From: Dehalococcoidia bacterium
GTDB lineage: Bacteria; Chloroflexota; Dehalococcoidia; UBA6926
Direction of reading: 5' to 3'
DNA: 64,000 nucleotides
Assembly: GCA_034422835.1 (NCBI GenBank)
Contig: DAOUJJ010000013.1
Location: 12,618 to 76,617, forward strand
The position numbers were made by a program, and so were the translations under genes. Positions 10,634 through 19,138 of this stretch are shown here, piece after piece; position 1 is the first letter of the stretch; each line of letters starts with the position of its first letter. The notes beneath the pieces were generated by a model that saw nothing but the letters and a program-made list of their open reading frames with translations, had not been told where the DNA came from and searched no databases.

Positions 10634-11119
10634 ATGGGAATGGTCGATAAGTCGACAAGGCCCTCCCGCAGGGCAACAAGGCTTGCGAAAGAGTCCGCCT
10701 TGAAACCCGCCGCCAACGGAATCGTCTACCTCTCCGGTGGCAACCCCCAGATCGCCAAGGGCGACGGCGACGGCCCTGTGCAGGCCTACATTGCCGCCAT
10801 GCCGGAGTGGAAGAGCGATGTTGGCCGACGCCTCGATGAACTCATCGTCCGTGCCGTGCCCAACGTTCGCAAGGCCGTCCGATGGAACTCCCCCTTCTAC
10901 GGCACGGAGGAGCACGGCTGGTTCGTCAGCTACCACGTCTTTGCCAAGTACATCAAGGTGACGTTCCTGAACGGCGTCTCGCTCGATCCCATGCCTCCCG
11001 CCGGCGGCAAGGACCCGGACGCCCGCTGGATTGACCTCTACGAAGGCGACTTTGACGAAGCTCAACTCACCGACTGGTTCCGCCAATCCGCCGCCCTCCC
11101 CGCCTGGAAAGGTTTTTAG
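10634..11119 (+). CDS. DUF1801 (YdhG-like) domain protein
   Basis: Sequence pattern typical of DUF1801. Stop abuts a repeat cluster. Confidence 0.5.
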   Translation: MGMVDKSTRPSRRATRLAKESALKPAANGIVYLSGGNPQIAKGDGDGPVQAYIAAMPEWKSDVGRRLDELIVRAVPNVRKAVRWNSPFYGTEEHGWFVSYHVFAKYIKVTFLNGVSLDPMPPAGGKDPDARWIDLYEGDFDEAQLTDWFRQSAALPAWKGF

Positions 11120-11120
11120 A

Positions 11121-11184
11121 CCGCTCATCCTGAGCCTGTCGAAAGGCCGCTCACCTGTCATTCCGGCGAAGGCCGGAATCCACC
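11121..11184. repeat. Palindromic repeat cluster (family 1 CTGAGCCTGTCGAAAGGC + family 2 GTCATTCCGGCGAAGGCCGGAATCC)
   Basis: Matches six other loci in the window. Hairpin-forming. Confidence 0.8.
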
Positions 11185-11292
11185 GCATGACGCGCAGCGT
11201 CACAGCATACCCCCGTGACACCCCCCGCCAACGTGCCCTACAATCTAATTCCCGTACTGACTCACCCAACCACTGAGAGGATTACCAAAACC

Positions 11293-11685
11293 ATGAACCA
11301 AGTGGACTTCTACCGACACAAGCTCGCCTACGAGACGGACTCGGCAGACCTCTTCGAGTCCCTCCAGAACGATGAACCGATCGTCGTAGTAGACGGCCGC
11401 GCCCACTTCGCGTATGGAGAGGAGCACATCCCCGGCGCGATAAACCTGCCTCACCGGGAGATCAACGCCGAGTCCACCGCATCCTTGGACAAGTCGAGGA
11501 CATACGTCTGCTACTGCGACGGTATCGGTTGCAACGCCTCCACCAAGACGGCACTAAAGCTGGCTGAATTGGGGTTCGAGGTACGTGAGCTCATCGGCGG
11601 CCTGGTCTGGTGGCGGCGCGACGGCTACGCCACCCACGGCACCGGCGCCACCGCAGACGACCCCAACATCCGCTGCGCCTGCTGA
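11293..11685 (+). CDS. Rhodanese-like single-domain sulfurtransferase
   Basis: Active-site loop CYCDGIGCN. The track ORF starts earlier (11215) but that N-terminus is repeat-encoded; the start is taken at MNQVDFY. Confidence 0.6.
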   Translation: MNQVDFYRHKLAYETDSADLFESLQNDEPIVVVDGRAHFAYGEEHIPGAINLPHREINAESTASLDKSRTYVCYCDGIGCNASTKTALKLAELGFEVRELIGGLVWWRRDGYATHGTGATADDPNIRCAC

Positions 11686-11693
11686 CTCCCCCC

Positions 11694-12371
11694 CTAAACC
11701 CTCACCTGCTCCACCTCACCACCCAGCACCACGTCTAGCACCTCCAGGATGGCCAGGGTCGGCACGCGGTCCCCGATGTCCAGGCCGACGTATCCCCACA
11801 CCACCCCGCCGTCCGGGAGGATGACGAACGTCGCAGGAGCGGCCACGCCGTCCCCCAGCAGGTTGAATACGCCGTAGCTCGTCGACACGTCCTCGTTCGT
11901 GTCCGCTAAAACGGGGAATTCCGCCCCGGCCAGCACCTCCATCCGCTCCGCATCGACCAGTAAGTCAGTGCTGATCGCCGCCAGACCGACGTTTCGGCTC
12001 TCAAACTCAACGTAGAAGCTCTGCAACTCGACCAGTTGCTGCTGGCAGATGCCTCAACCGTAACTACGGTAGAAGACAATCACGAGCGCCTCTCGCCCCG
12101 CGAGCAGATCATCCAGTGTGTACCGCTCGCCCGTCCCCGTTGGCAGTGAGAAATCCGGTGCTTGCGGCGCCTCAGGCTCAGGAGTCTCCGTTGGAACCGC
12201 GGTGGCCGTGGGCAAAGGCGTGTCCGTGGCAGACGGCGTTGGGGTGAACGAGGGTTCAGGAGTGGGAGCGGCTGTTGGCGTTTCCCCTGAGCAGCCGGCG
12301 ATGATGACGGCAATTGTCGCTAAAATGGCAACAAATAGCGTTGGCGGATGTCCCGGAAAAAATTTCCTCAC
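11694..12371 (-). CDS. Candidate selenoprotein: TlpA/ResA-like thiol:disulfide oxidoreductase lipoprotein with UxxC motif (in-frame TGA at 12054-12056)
   Basis: Track ORFs 12054..12371 and 11694..12026 are in the same frame, separated only by TGA. Read-through gives …VIVFYRSYG-U-GICQQQLVEL…, which aligns to the WCAPC redox motif of the TlpA paralogue at 39905..40603. Lipobox IIAGCS plus T/P-rich linker. SECIS-like hairpin 15-31 nt downstream. Confidence 0.6.
12023..12044 (-). ncRNA. SECIS-like stem-loop downstream of the in-frame UGA
   Basis: mRNA reads …UGA GGCAUCUGCCAG CAACU-GGUCG-AGUUG CAGAGC. A 5-6 bp stem with GGUCG apical loop (GU in loop) begins ~15 nt after the UGA. Confidence 0.35.
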
Positions 12372-12430
12372 ACGTCAATTGTACGGACTGCTCGTTCCCG
12401 GGGTGGTAAATCGCGGGCGTGCACTGCCCC

Positions 12431-12466
12431 CAAAAACCGTAGAGGCGCGTTCCACAACGCGCCCCT
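12431..12466 (-). terminator. Rho-independent terminator downstream of rplT
   Basis: Minus strand: AGGGGCGCGTT-gtgg-AACGCGCCTCT followed by ACGGTTTTTG. Confidence 0.6.
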
Positions 12467-12491
12467 TGCGAACCGGTGTCAAATGAGTGGC

Positions 12492-12866
12492 TTACGCCGC
12501 AGCCTTCTCCGCCGCCAGCGCCTCTTTAGCTGCCTCCGCGATGCGGGCAAAGGCCTGCGGGTCGCGAACGGCCAGATCGGCCAGCATCTTGCGGTCGACG
12601 GCCACGTTCGCCAGCTTGAGGCCGTGGATCAGGTTCCCGTACGTAATGTCGTTCTGCCGGGCCGCGGCGTTGATCCGCGTAATCCACAGTCGCCGAAAGT
12701 CGCCCTTGCGCTCACGCCTGTGCTCGTAGGCGTACTGCCAGGAGTGCAGCAGGGACTCTTGCGCCCGGCGAAACAGCTTGTGCCGGGAGCCCCATTGCCC
12801 CTTCATCAGGTTGATGACTTCCTTGTGGCGGCGGCGCGTTCGCGGCCCGCCCTTGATTCGGGTCAT
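12492..12866 (-). CDS. rplT: 50S ribosomal protein L20
   Basis: Strongly conserved L20 sequence (MTRIKGGPRTRRRHKEV…). Confidence 0.95.
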   Translation of the reverse strand: MTRIKGGPRTRRRHKEVINLMKGQWGSRHKLFRRAQESLLHSWQYAYEHRRERKGDFRRLWITRINAAARQNDITYGNLIHGLKLANVAVDRKMLADLAVRDPQAFARIAEAAKEALAAEKAAA

Positions 12867-12908
12867 GTCAGTGATCCTCTCTACAGATACTGAAAACGAG
12901 AATGCGGC

Positions 12909-13115
12909 CTATGGGCCGTACGGCAGCAGCCGCTGCACGCGACGCCGATCCGCCGGACTCAGCGGCATCTCGTCGCCATACAGGCGCTTGACGTCCTTCG
13001 GCTTGCGGCGACGCAGGTGACTCTGATGCCCCTTGCGCTTTGTCAGCTTGCCGGAGCCGGTCATGCCGATCCGTTTCTGAGTGCCCTTGTGCGTCTTGAG
13101 CTTGTACTTTGCCAT
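12909..13115 (-). CDS. rpmI: 50S ribosomal protein L35
   Basis: MAKYKLKTHKGTQKRI…; classical infC-rpmI-rplT order. Confidence 0.95.
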   Translation of the reverse strand: MAKYKLKTHKGTQKRIGMTGSGKLTKRKGHQSHLRRRKPKDVKRLYGDEMPLSPADRRRVQRLLPYGP

Positions 13116-13158
13116 GGTGATTCCTGTCCCCGCGCCTCTAACCGGTCTAATTCGTCTG

Positions 13159-13761
13159 TTAGTCGGGTGATCCCGCAGCCGCAGCCGCCTCCTCGACCTT
13201 TTCCTCGGCCGCCGGAGTCTCAGTTGTCTGCTTTGGCGATGCGGCGTTCTTGCGCTTCAGAGGGGCCAGGATCATGCTCATGCCCCGTCCCTCCAATTGC
13301 GGCGCCGTGTCGATGCCCGCTATGTCCTCCACTTGCTCTGATACCTTCTTGAGCAGATTGATCGCCAACTCGGGGTGCGTCGCCTCCCGGCCTCTGAAGA
13401 TGACCGAGACCTTGACCTTGTCCCCACCCTCAATCAGCTTGCGTACCGTCCTCGTCTTGAAGTCGATATCATGCTGACCGATCTTGGGGCGGAGCCGCAC
13501 CTCGCCGAGTTCCTGCGTGTGCTGTCCCTTGCGGAGCTCCCGCTCCTTCTTGGACTGCTCGTAGCGATACCGACCGTAATCGAGGATACGGCACACAGGG
13601 GGCTGGGCGCCCGGGGCAACCTCAACCAGGTCAAGGCCCCGATCCTGCGCCAGCTGAATGGCGTCTGCCGTTTGCATCACTCCAACTCGCTCACCGTCGT
13701 CGGCCACCACAAGGACTTCCGGCACGGTTATGCGTTGGTTGACGCGGTAATCTCTCGGTAT
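13159..13761 (-). CDS. infC: Translation initiation factor IF-3; probable non-canonical ATA start (track ORF begins at GTG 13725)
   Basis: IF3 sequence. In-frame upstream extension …I-P-R-D-Y-R-V-N-Q-R-I-T-VPEV matches the conserved IF3 N-terminus. ATA lies 5 nt downstream of SD GAGGGAG. infC genes classically use AUU/AUA. Confidence 0.8.
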   Translation of the reverse strand: MPRDYRVNQRITVPEVLVVADDGERVGVMQTADAIQLAQDRGLDLVEVAPGAQPPVCRILDYGRYRYEQSKKERELRKGQHTQELGEVRLRPKIGQHDIDFKTRTVRKLIEGGDKVKVSVIFRGREATHPELAINLLKKVSEQVEDIAGIDTAPQLEGRGMSMILAPLKRKNAASPKQTTETPAAEEKVEEAAAAAGSPD

Positions 13762-13873
13762 GTCTACTCCCTCGCTGTGTAGCTATCAGCCGTATTGCTC
13801 AAGCACGTACTCTACAATCCGCCTATTTACCCCGTCAAGAATGACTAAACCGCCAATCCCTCCATCCCTTCCG

Positions 13874-13903
13874 TTCGCCCTGAGCCTGTCGAAGGGCCGC
13901 GCC
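13874..13903. repeat. Palindromic repeat, family 1 (CCCTGAGCCTGTCGAAGGGCCGCGCCC)
   Basis: Abuts the stop codon of the fused CaiB gene. Confidence 0.8.
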
Positions 13904-16315
13904 CTACCTCAGCACCCCGCTCTCCGTGCCCTCCTTAATCTCCTCCTCGGACAGCCCAAGTACTGAACTGTACACATACTCATTATCCTCGCCGATCCAT
14001 GGCGCGCGGTTGGCCGCGGTTGCCTTGGACAGCGAGGGAATCGCCGGCAGCCCGTGGTGCGAGAGCGTTCCCCATGTCGAGTGCGTCGATTGCACGATGT
14101 GTCCACGTTCTCGCAAATGCGGATCGTGGTACAGGTCCTCGCTGTTCATCGCCACGCCCGCCGGCACCCCGACCTTCTGCAGCATGTTAAGAAGCTGGTG
14201 CGAGGTGAACGCCTGCGCCCACTCACTTATCTCATGGTCGATTTCGTCCCGATTCGCCCGACGGCCCGCTGCATCTGCGAATCGGGGATCGTCCGCCCAG
14301 TGCGGCGCTCCCATCGCCTGTGCCAGCGCGCGCCATTGCTCGTCCGTCTCGCACGCGATGACGATCCACGTGTCCGGGTACAGGCACGCATACGCCCCGT
14401 ACGGCGCGTAGTGGGCATTTATCGGCTCGTTATAGCCGACGCTGCCCCAGATGTTCCCGTTAATCGTGTAGTCCAGGATGGCCGGACCCATCATCGAGCC
14501 CTGGCCGTCCACCTGCGCGATTTCGATGAACTGCCCGCGGCCCGTCACGTCGCGGTACTCCAGCGCAGCGGCGGTGGAGAGCGCCACAAATGCGGCGCCC
14601 ACGTAGTCCGGTATCACGCCCTTCGCATGGTTCTGCATCGGCGAGTCCGGGTGCCCCCACAGCAAGGACAGTCCCGTCACCGCCTGCAGGTTGTTCCCGT
14701 ACGTCACCCAGTTGTTCAGTGGCCCCTCGGAACCCATCCCCGGCATACCGATCTGGATGACCCCCGGGTTGATCTTCGTCAGGTCGTCGTAGCCAAGACC
14801 GAGCCGCTTCATGACCGTCGCGCTGAAGTTATCGACGACAACATCGCTGTCCTTGACCAGTTGGCGGAAAAGGTCCTTGCCGCCATCGGAACGCAAATCG
14901 AGGGTGCAGCTCAGCTTATTGCGGTTCATATCGGGGAACAGCGGGCGCGTCGGCTCACGGTTGGCCTCAAGGCTTTCGGACTCCACCTTGATGACCTCCG
15001 CGCCATAGAAGCCGAGGAACATCGTCCCGATCGGTCCCGCGAATGCCCGCGTGATGTCTGCCACGCGAATGCCGTCCAACAGCGCGTCGTCGGGCGCTTT
15101 GCCGTTCGTCGGCGCAGGGTACGTGTCACGCCGCGGCGCAACCGAATCAATCTCGGCCAGCACCTCATCGCGATGCTGGTCCAGCAGCGGGGCAGGGCGC
15201 GTCTGGTTCCACGGCGTGGCTGACATGATGAACGGCTGTCCCGGCGTTTCATACTCGCCCACGACAGGATGCGTCACCTTCTGGAACCAGCCCCGCGACC
15301 GCATATGGTCGTCCGTTACAAAATCCTCGAACGTGTTGACGGGACAGCAGGCCAGCCCCAGCCGCTGCGCTTCCTCCACGAACTCATCGCGGTCGAACTG
15401 CTCAACGAACGACTGTATGAGGATCTGCGCCAGGTCCTCATTGTCCGTCCGGTACTGGGACGAGTCCCAGTCATCGCCGGACAGCACCGCGTCCTCCATC
15501 CACTGTCGGGACAGAACGCGCCAATGCCCGGTCATGAAGATCGCGATCTGGACGTACTTGTCATCCTTCGTCCGATAGATATTCGCGGGGCCGCCGCGCG
15601 GCCCCTGGCGCAACACGATCTCGCTCCGCTGGCTGTAGCGCGCAATCGTCCCGACCGTCGCGAACGTCAGCGCCTCTTGCAATGAGAGGTCGATGCGCTG
15701 GCCGAGCCCTGTCGCCCGCCGATGCCGTACGGCGTTGATCGCCAGGTACGCGCCATGAACTGCCGCAAGCTGCGCCCCGATCTGGCACGGCAGCACGACG
15801 GGCGCGCGCTCGTCGTCGCCCTGGCTCATCATCACGCCGGACATGGCCGAAATCACCGCCTCATTCGCTGTGAACGCGCTGTGCGGTCCCGTCTGCCCGA
15901 ACGGCGTGAGCGAAACCGTCACAAGGCCGGAGTTCAACTCCTCAAGACGCGCATCATCAATACCAAGTGAGGCCAACTGCCCCGGGGGAGTGCATTCGAC
16001 AAAGATATCCGCCCGCTCGATGAGCTTCTCAAGGGTCTCCCGGCCGCCGGAGTCCTCAACGTCAAGAACGATGCTGCGACGATTCAGATTGGCGTTGAGA
16101 AAAGGAATGCTGCGCTCGACATCCGCGATGTCGCCCGCGAACGGCGCGTGCATCCGATTCGGATCGCCCCCCGGCGGCTCCACCTTGATAACGTCCGCGC
16201 CGAGCCCGGCAAGGTACCCCGCGCAATACGCCGCGGGAATCTCCCCAATCTCAACAACCCGCAAATGCCCAAGCGCCGTATCCGCCCCACCATTAGTCAT
16301 AGCCACACTCCCCAC
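13904..16315 (-). CDS. Tandem-fused CoA-transferase family III protein (two CaiB/BaiF domains in one 803-aa chain)
   Basis: Two repeats of the CaiB signature (…VVEIGE…AGYLAGLGADVIKVE…; …IRVADIT…GFYGAEVIKVE…). Confidence 0.8.
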   Translation of the reverse strand: MGSVAMTNGGADTALGHLRVVEIGEIPAAYCAGYLAGLGADVIKVEPPGGDPNRMHAPFAGDIADVERSIPFLNANLNRRSIVLDVEDSGGRETLEKLIERADIFVECTPPGQLASLGIDDARLEELNSGLVTVSLTPFGQTGPHSAFTANEAVISAMSGVMMSQGDDERAPVVLPCQIGAQLAAVHGAYLAINAVRHRRATGLGQRIDLSLQEALTFATVGTIARYSQRSEIVLRQGPRGGPANIYRTKDDKYVQIAIFMTGHWRVLSRQWMEDAVLSGDDWDSSQYRTDNEDLAQILIQSFVEQFDRDEFVEEAQRLGLACCPVNTFEDFVTDDHMRSRGWFQKVTHPVVGEYETPGQPFIMSATPWNQTRPAPLLDQHRDEVLAEIDSVAPRRDTYPAPTNGKAPDDALLDGIRVADITRAFAGPIGTMFLGFYGAEVIKVESESLEANREPTRPLFPDMNRNKLSCTLDLRSDGGKDLFRQLVKDSDVVVDNFSATVMKRLGLGYDDLTKINPGVIQIGMPGMGSEGPLNNWVTYGNNLQAVTGLSLLWGHPDSPMQNHAKGVIPDYVGAAFVALSTAAALEYRDVTGRGQFIEIAQVDGQGSMMGPAILDYTINGNIWGSVGYNEPINAHYAPYGAYACLYPDTWIVIACETDEQWRALAQAMGAPHWADDPRFADAAGRRANRDEIDHEISEWAQAFTSHQLLNMLQKVGVPAGVAMNSEDLYHDPHLRERGHIVQSTHSTWGTLSHHGLPAIPSLSKATAANRAPWIGEDNEYVYSSVLGLSEEEIKEGTESGVLR

Positions 16316-16330
16316 CGATTAGGCGCATTC

Positions 16331-16457
16331 GTCATTCTCGTGCTTGACACGGGAATCCAGAACACCCTCCCCCAATCTGCGAGTACGATAGGCGTCACAC
16401 GTTGGCGGGTCAAGGATGAGACACCCCCCATTCACCCTGAGCCTGTCGAAGGGCCCC
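16331..16457. repeat. Palindromic repeat cluster (family 3 GTCATTCTCGTGCTTGACACGGGAATCCAGAAC; family 1 TTCACCCTGAGCCTGTCGAAGGGCCCC)
   Basis: Lies between the CaiB fusion and vapB. Confidence 0.8.
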
Positions 16458-16531
16458 ATTGCCCAACCATTCCCCCGTCGTTATAGTCCAAAGGGTAGAC
16501 ACCAAACGAACCGTCTACCCTGAGGTACCCA

Positions 16532-16825
16532 ATGAGCCTGAACATCAAGAACGAAGAGACCTGCCGACTCGCCGAAGAACTCGCCACGCTGACCAAGGAG
16601 AACAAGACGCAGGCAATCACCATCGCCCTGCGTGAGCGCCTCAAGCGGGAACGGGAGCGGCTTACGGAATTTGACCGATCCCTGGAAGGTTGGCTTCGCT
16701 GGAAAGAGGAACGACGCAAGAAGACTGCCGACATGCACCGCCGGCTTGCGCCGCATCTGCGCCCCACCTCATCCTCACAGGAGCTTCTCGACTCTCTCTA
16801 TGGCGAGCACGGCGAACCGAAGTGA
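16532..16825 (+). CDS. vapB: Type II antitoxin VapB (COG4423-like)
   Basis: MSLNIKNEETCRLAEELATLTKENKTQAITIALRERL… Stop overlaps the GTG of the downstream PIN gene. Confidence 0.7.
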   Translation: MSLNIKNEETCRLAEELATLTKENKTQAITIALRERLKRERERLTEFDRSLEGWLRWKEERRKKTADMHRRLAPHLRPTSSSQELLDSLYGEHGEPK

Positions 16826-17208
16826 TCGTCGATTCATCTGCAGTCTGCGCCATCCTGCTGAGAGAGACTGATGGCCCCTATTTTGAAGAAGCGCTATTCC
16901 GTGTGGACGGTCTCCGTATGTCTGCGTTCAATGTTCTTGAATCCGCCATCGTGTTGGAAAGTCGGCTGGGCCCGGCAGGCGGCACAGAATTCGATGCATT
17001 CCTTCAGCGCGAATCCATCGAAATCGTCCCGGTGACGCCTGAACAGGTCACCGTTGCCCGCCGCGCTTGGCGAGAATTCGGCAAAGGCAACCACCCCGCC
17101 GCCCTCAACCTCGGCGACTGCCTCGCCTACGCCCTCTCCCAAATGACCCGCGAACCCCTCCTCTACAAAGGCGCAGACTTCGAGCAGACGGACGTACGCC
17201 CCGCCTAA
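16822..17208 (+). CDS. vapC: PIN-domain toxin VapC
   Basis: VIVDSSAV… with conserved acidic residues of the PIN fold. GTGA overlap with vapB. The track ORF 16690..17208 extends upstream only because no stop intervenes. Confidence 0.7.
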   Translation: MIVDSSAVCAILLRETDGPYFEEALFRVDGLRMSAFNVLESAIVLESRLGPAGGTEFDAFLQRESIEIVPVTPEQVTVARRAWREFGKGNHPAALNLGDCLAYALSQMTREPLLYKGADFEQTDVRPA

Positions 17209-17356
17209 CCGCTCACCCTGAGCTTGTCGAAGGGCTCCGCCCGTCATTCCCACGAAAGCGGGAATCCAGAACTCCCTTCCCCGGTGGGGGGGGAGAGTCA
17301 GGGTGAGGGGTAAGCGCCCCACCCATGTCATTCCGAGCGCAGCCGAGGAATCTAAA
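17209..17356. repeat. Palindromic repeat cluster (family 1, family 2 GTCATTCCCACGAAAGCGGGAATCCAGAAC, family 4 GTCATTCCGAGCGCAGCCGAGGAATCTAAA)
   Basis: Starts directly after the vapC stop. A GGGGGG…CCCC palindrome lies between the units. Confidence 0.8.
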
Positions 17357-17419
17357 TTGTCCACCAGCAAATCAACTGCAGGAGCGGCTCATTTGTAACT
17401 CCAATAATTCCAACGAGCT

Positions 17420-19138
17420 TTACTCTTCGCCGCTACAGAGCTTGATTGCCTCCCTATGGATTGCTTCGGCGCGAGCGTGTATGAATGATTCATAGTCGGA
17501 TTTGATCTTCGCACCCCGTGCCTCTTCATCAGCTATTTCTGAATACCCCCCAACGCTTAGACTGTCGAACGGTATGATGTGTGTTTCTAATCGGCTACGA
17601 ATTTGATCCTCACCAAGAGGTGCACGTTCGGCACGCTCCCGCAGATAGGCCAACGGCTCTTTGGCGGAAATTCTCCGGTTGGTGTTCCATGTGATTAGGG
17701 CACAATTCAGAGCGAGACTGATATCGCCCTCATCGATCAAACCCACATTGTCAAGTAGGGCTTCCGGGAATAGATGATGGTATTCCCTTCTAGCAAGCGA
17801 ATCAGGAGTGGCTGGCGAGTCATCGGCAAAATCTCTGCCTCCAGCTCGTATAGAGACAGCCAGTATCGCCCGAGCCAAGGTACTGCGGAGTCGTGGCCAT
17901 GGAGCCCGTTCCAGTTCCTCAATCTCGGCAATCGGGAATCTGTCGTTGTCCAGTATCGGAATCAAGGCATCAGATTCTCCATCTACAAGCCTGGCCTTTA
18001 GACCACGATGATCTTGGAGTGCAGCAGTAGCGGCCGCGCGGTCGTATCTGTCTGTAAAGAAGGAGCGCCACAAGTATTGACGCAATAGCAAACGCGCTTC
18101 GCCGTGAGCATCTAGGGATTGTGGCATCTGACTCCAGATTGAGGCGATTATCGGCACCACAGCTACCGTAGGCAGACGATCACGGTCGTAAATGTGTTCC
18201 TCACTCAGAAACCTGATCGCGCCCCCGACACCTCTTTCAATCGATTCCCATTCTCTGGAAAGCCGCCGCATGTCCAACTGTAAAAAGGAGGCTTCCGTGG
18301 GGGGCCGGTTTTCTCTGAGAGCAGCAACTCGGAGAACAAGATCCGAGATATTGACATATCGCTCGGCCTCTGGAACGGCTGAACGCAGAGACCCTTCAAG
18401 TTCGTGTAGGGATTGTCCTGTTGCCGCCTCCATTTGGGCTACGACAATATCAAATGCAGATAGGCGGACAGAAGTTGTATTCATCTTGATGAACACATCA
18501 ATTGCTTCTCCAGGAGGCGTGCCCACTGGCAATTCTAGGTAGGGTAGATTCGCCTCCCTAAGGGCGTTTCGGTGTATTGCCAATTCTCGTTCTAGGGAGC
18601 GACTTTCTTCGACAGAACCCGTAGCTAGGTCGCACCAAGTGCCAATTTCGGTAGAATCAACTGCCGGACTAAGAATACGTATTGGTACTAGTCCTCGTCT
18701 CCGCTGTTCCTGAGGCTGATCGGCCCACAGAGGGTACCTCTGGCCCCCTCTGTGCCACCTGCCATAACTTCTAACTAACGATGGATCGTCCGCATCAGGA
18801 CGTAGCACAGCGAAATAGGTTCGATTCGCGTAACCGTCGTTGAGTGCCTTCCATATCGCTGTCAATCGTTGTTGGCCGTCCAGCAGGTTCTCAGTTGTGC
18901 GTTCTGTTTGGGGAGGAGCCCCCGCTATAGTGCGGCTTATAAACGGCTGTTTATCTCCTATAGCAAGTACCAGGGCGGCACCGATTGGCCGACCACGCAG
19001 GATGGTGTCTAGGAGTGTTTCGACATCGCCATGTCCCCAACTTTCCAGCCTTTGAAACCTTGGGAGCGTTAGTTGTCCAGTTCGAACGCGCCCTAGCCAG
19101 TCGGGAAGTCGCCGATTTCTAGCTTCCATTGACATTGT
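17420..19138 (-). CDS. GmrSD-family type IV (modification-dependent) restriction endonuclease, DUF262 + DUF1524
   Basis: DUF262 motif DGQQRLTA. C-terminal His-Me/HNH-like DUF1524 motifs (EYHHLFP…HIIP). Start taken at MSMEARNRR, preceded on the mRNA by GGAAGC with ~6-nt spacing; it overlaps the thrS 3' end by ~20 nt. A/T-richer than the flanks. Confidence 0.75.
   Translation of the reverse strand, partial: TMSMEARNRRLPDWLGRVRTGQLTLPRFQRLESWGHGDVETLLDTILRGRPIGAALVLAIGDKQPFISRTIAGAPPQTERTTENLLDGQQRLTAIWKALNDGYANRTYFAVLRPDADDPSLVRSYGRWHRGGQRYPLWADQPQEQRRRGLVPIRILSPAVDSTEIGTWCDLATGSVEESRSLERELAIHRNALREANLPYLELPVGTPPGEAIDVFIKMNTTSVRLSAFDIVVAQMEAATGQSLHELEGSLRSAVPEAERYVNISDLVLRVAALRENRPPTEASFLQLDMRRLSREWESIERGVGGAIRFLSEEHIYDRDRLPTVAVVPIIASIWSQMPQSLDAHGEARLLLRQYLWRSFFTDRYDRAAATAALQDHRGLKARLVDGESDALIPILDNDRFPIAEIEELERAPWPRLRSTLARAILAVSIRAGGRDFADDSPATPDSLARREYHHLFPEALLDNVGLIDEGDISLALNCALITWNTNRRISAKEPLAYLRERAERAPLGEDQIRSRLETHIIPFDSLSVGGYSEIADEEARGAKIKSDYESFIHARAEAIHREAIKLCSGEE

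Noticed and set aside
11694-12371. Interpreting the split redoxin as a frameshifted pseudogene.
   Set aside because: There is no frameshift: the two ORFs share one frame and are separated by a single TGA that aligns exactly with the redox Cys of a paralogue. Retained as a selenoprotein candidate instead, with a pseudogene as the refuting alternative.
14054-15223. Long antisense ORFs inside well-supported genes (for example 14054..15223 opposite CaiB, 21552..22265 opposite the M42 peptidase, 25305..26309 opposite pyrG, 27133..27963 opposite rho, 32530..34152 opposite the giant surface gene, 36641..37624 opposite the ACD alpha subunit, 7173..8057 opposite proW, 44935..45729 opposite CaiB, 62713..63358 opposite SBP paralogue 3).
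   Set aside because: High GC content yields long stop-free antisense frames. Each overlaps a gene with clear family signatures on the other strand, and none has recognisable motifs or an RBS.
16894-17370. ORFs translated from the palindromic repeats (16894..17370, 22318..22533, 46307..46498, 11031..11276, 13760..13966, 17067..17306).
   Set aside because: They are composed of the recurring peptides PLSLSKGR / VIPAKAGIH / ALRQAQGER encoded by the repeat units. These are repeat-derived, not genes.
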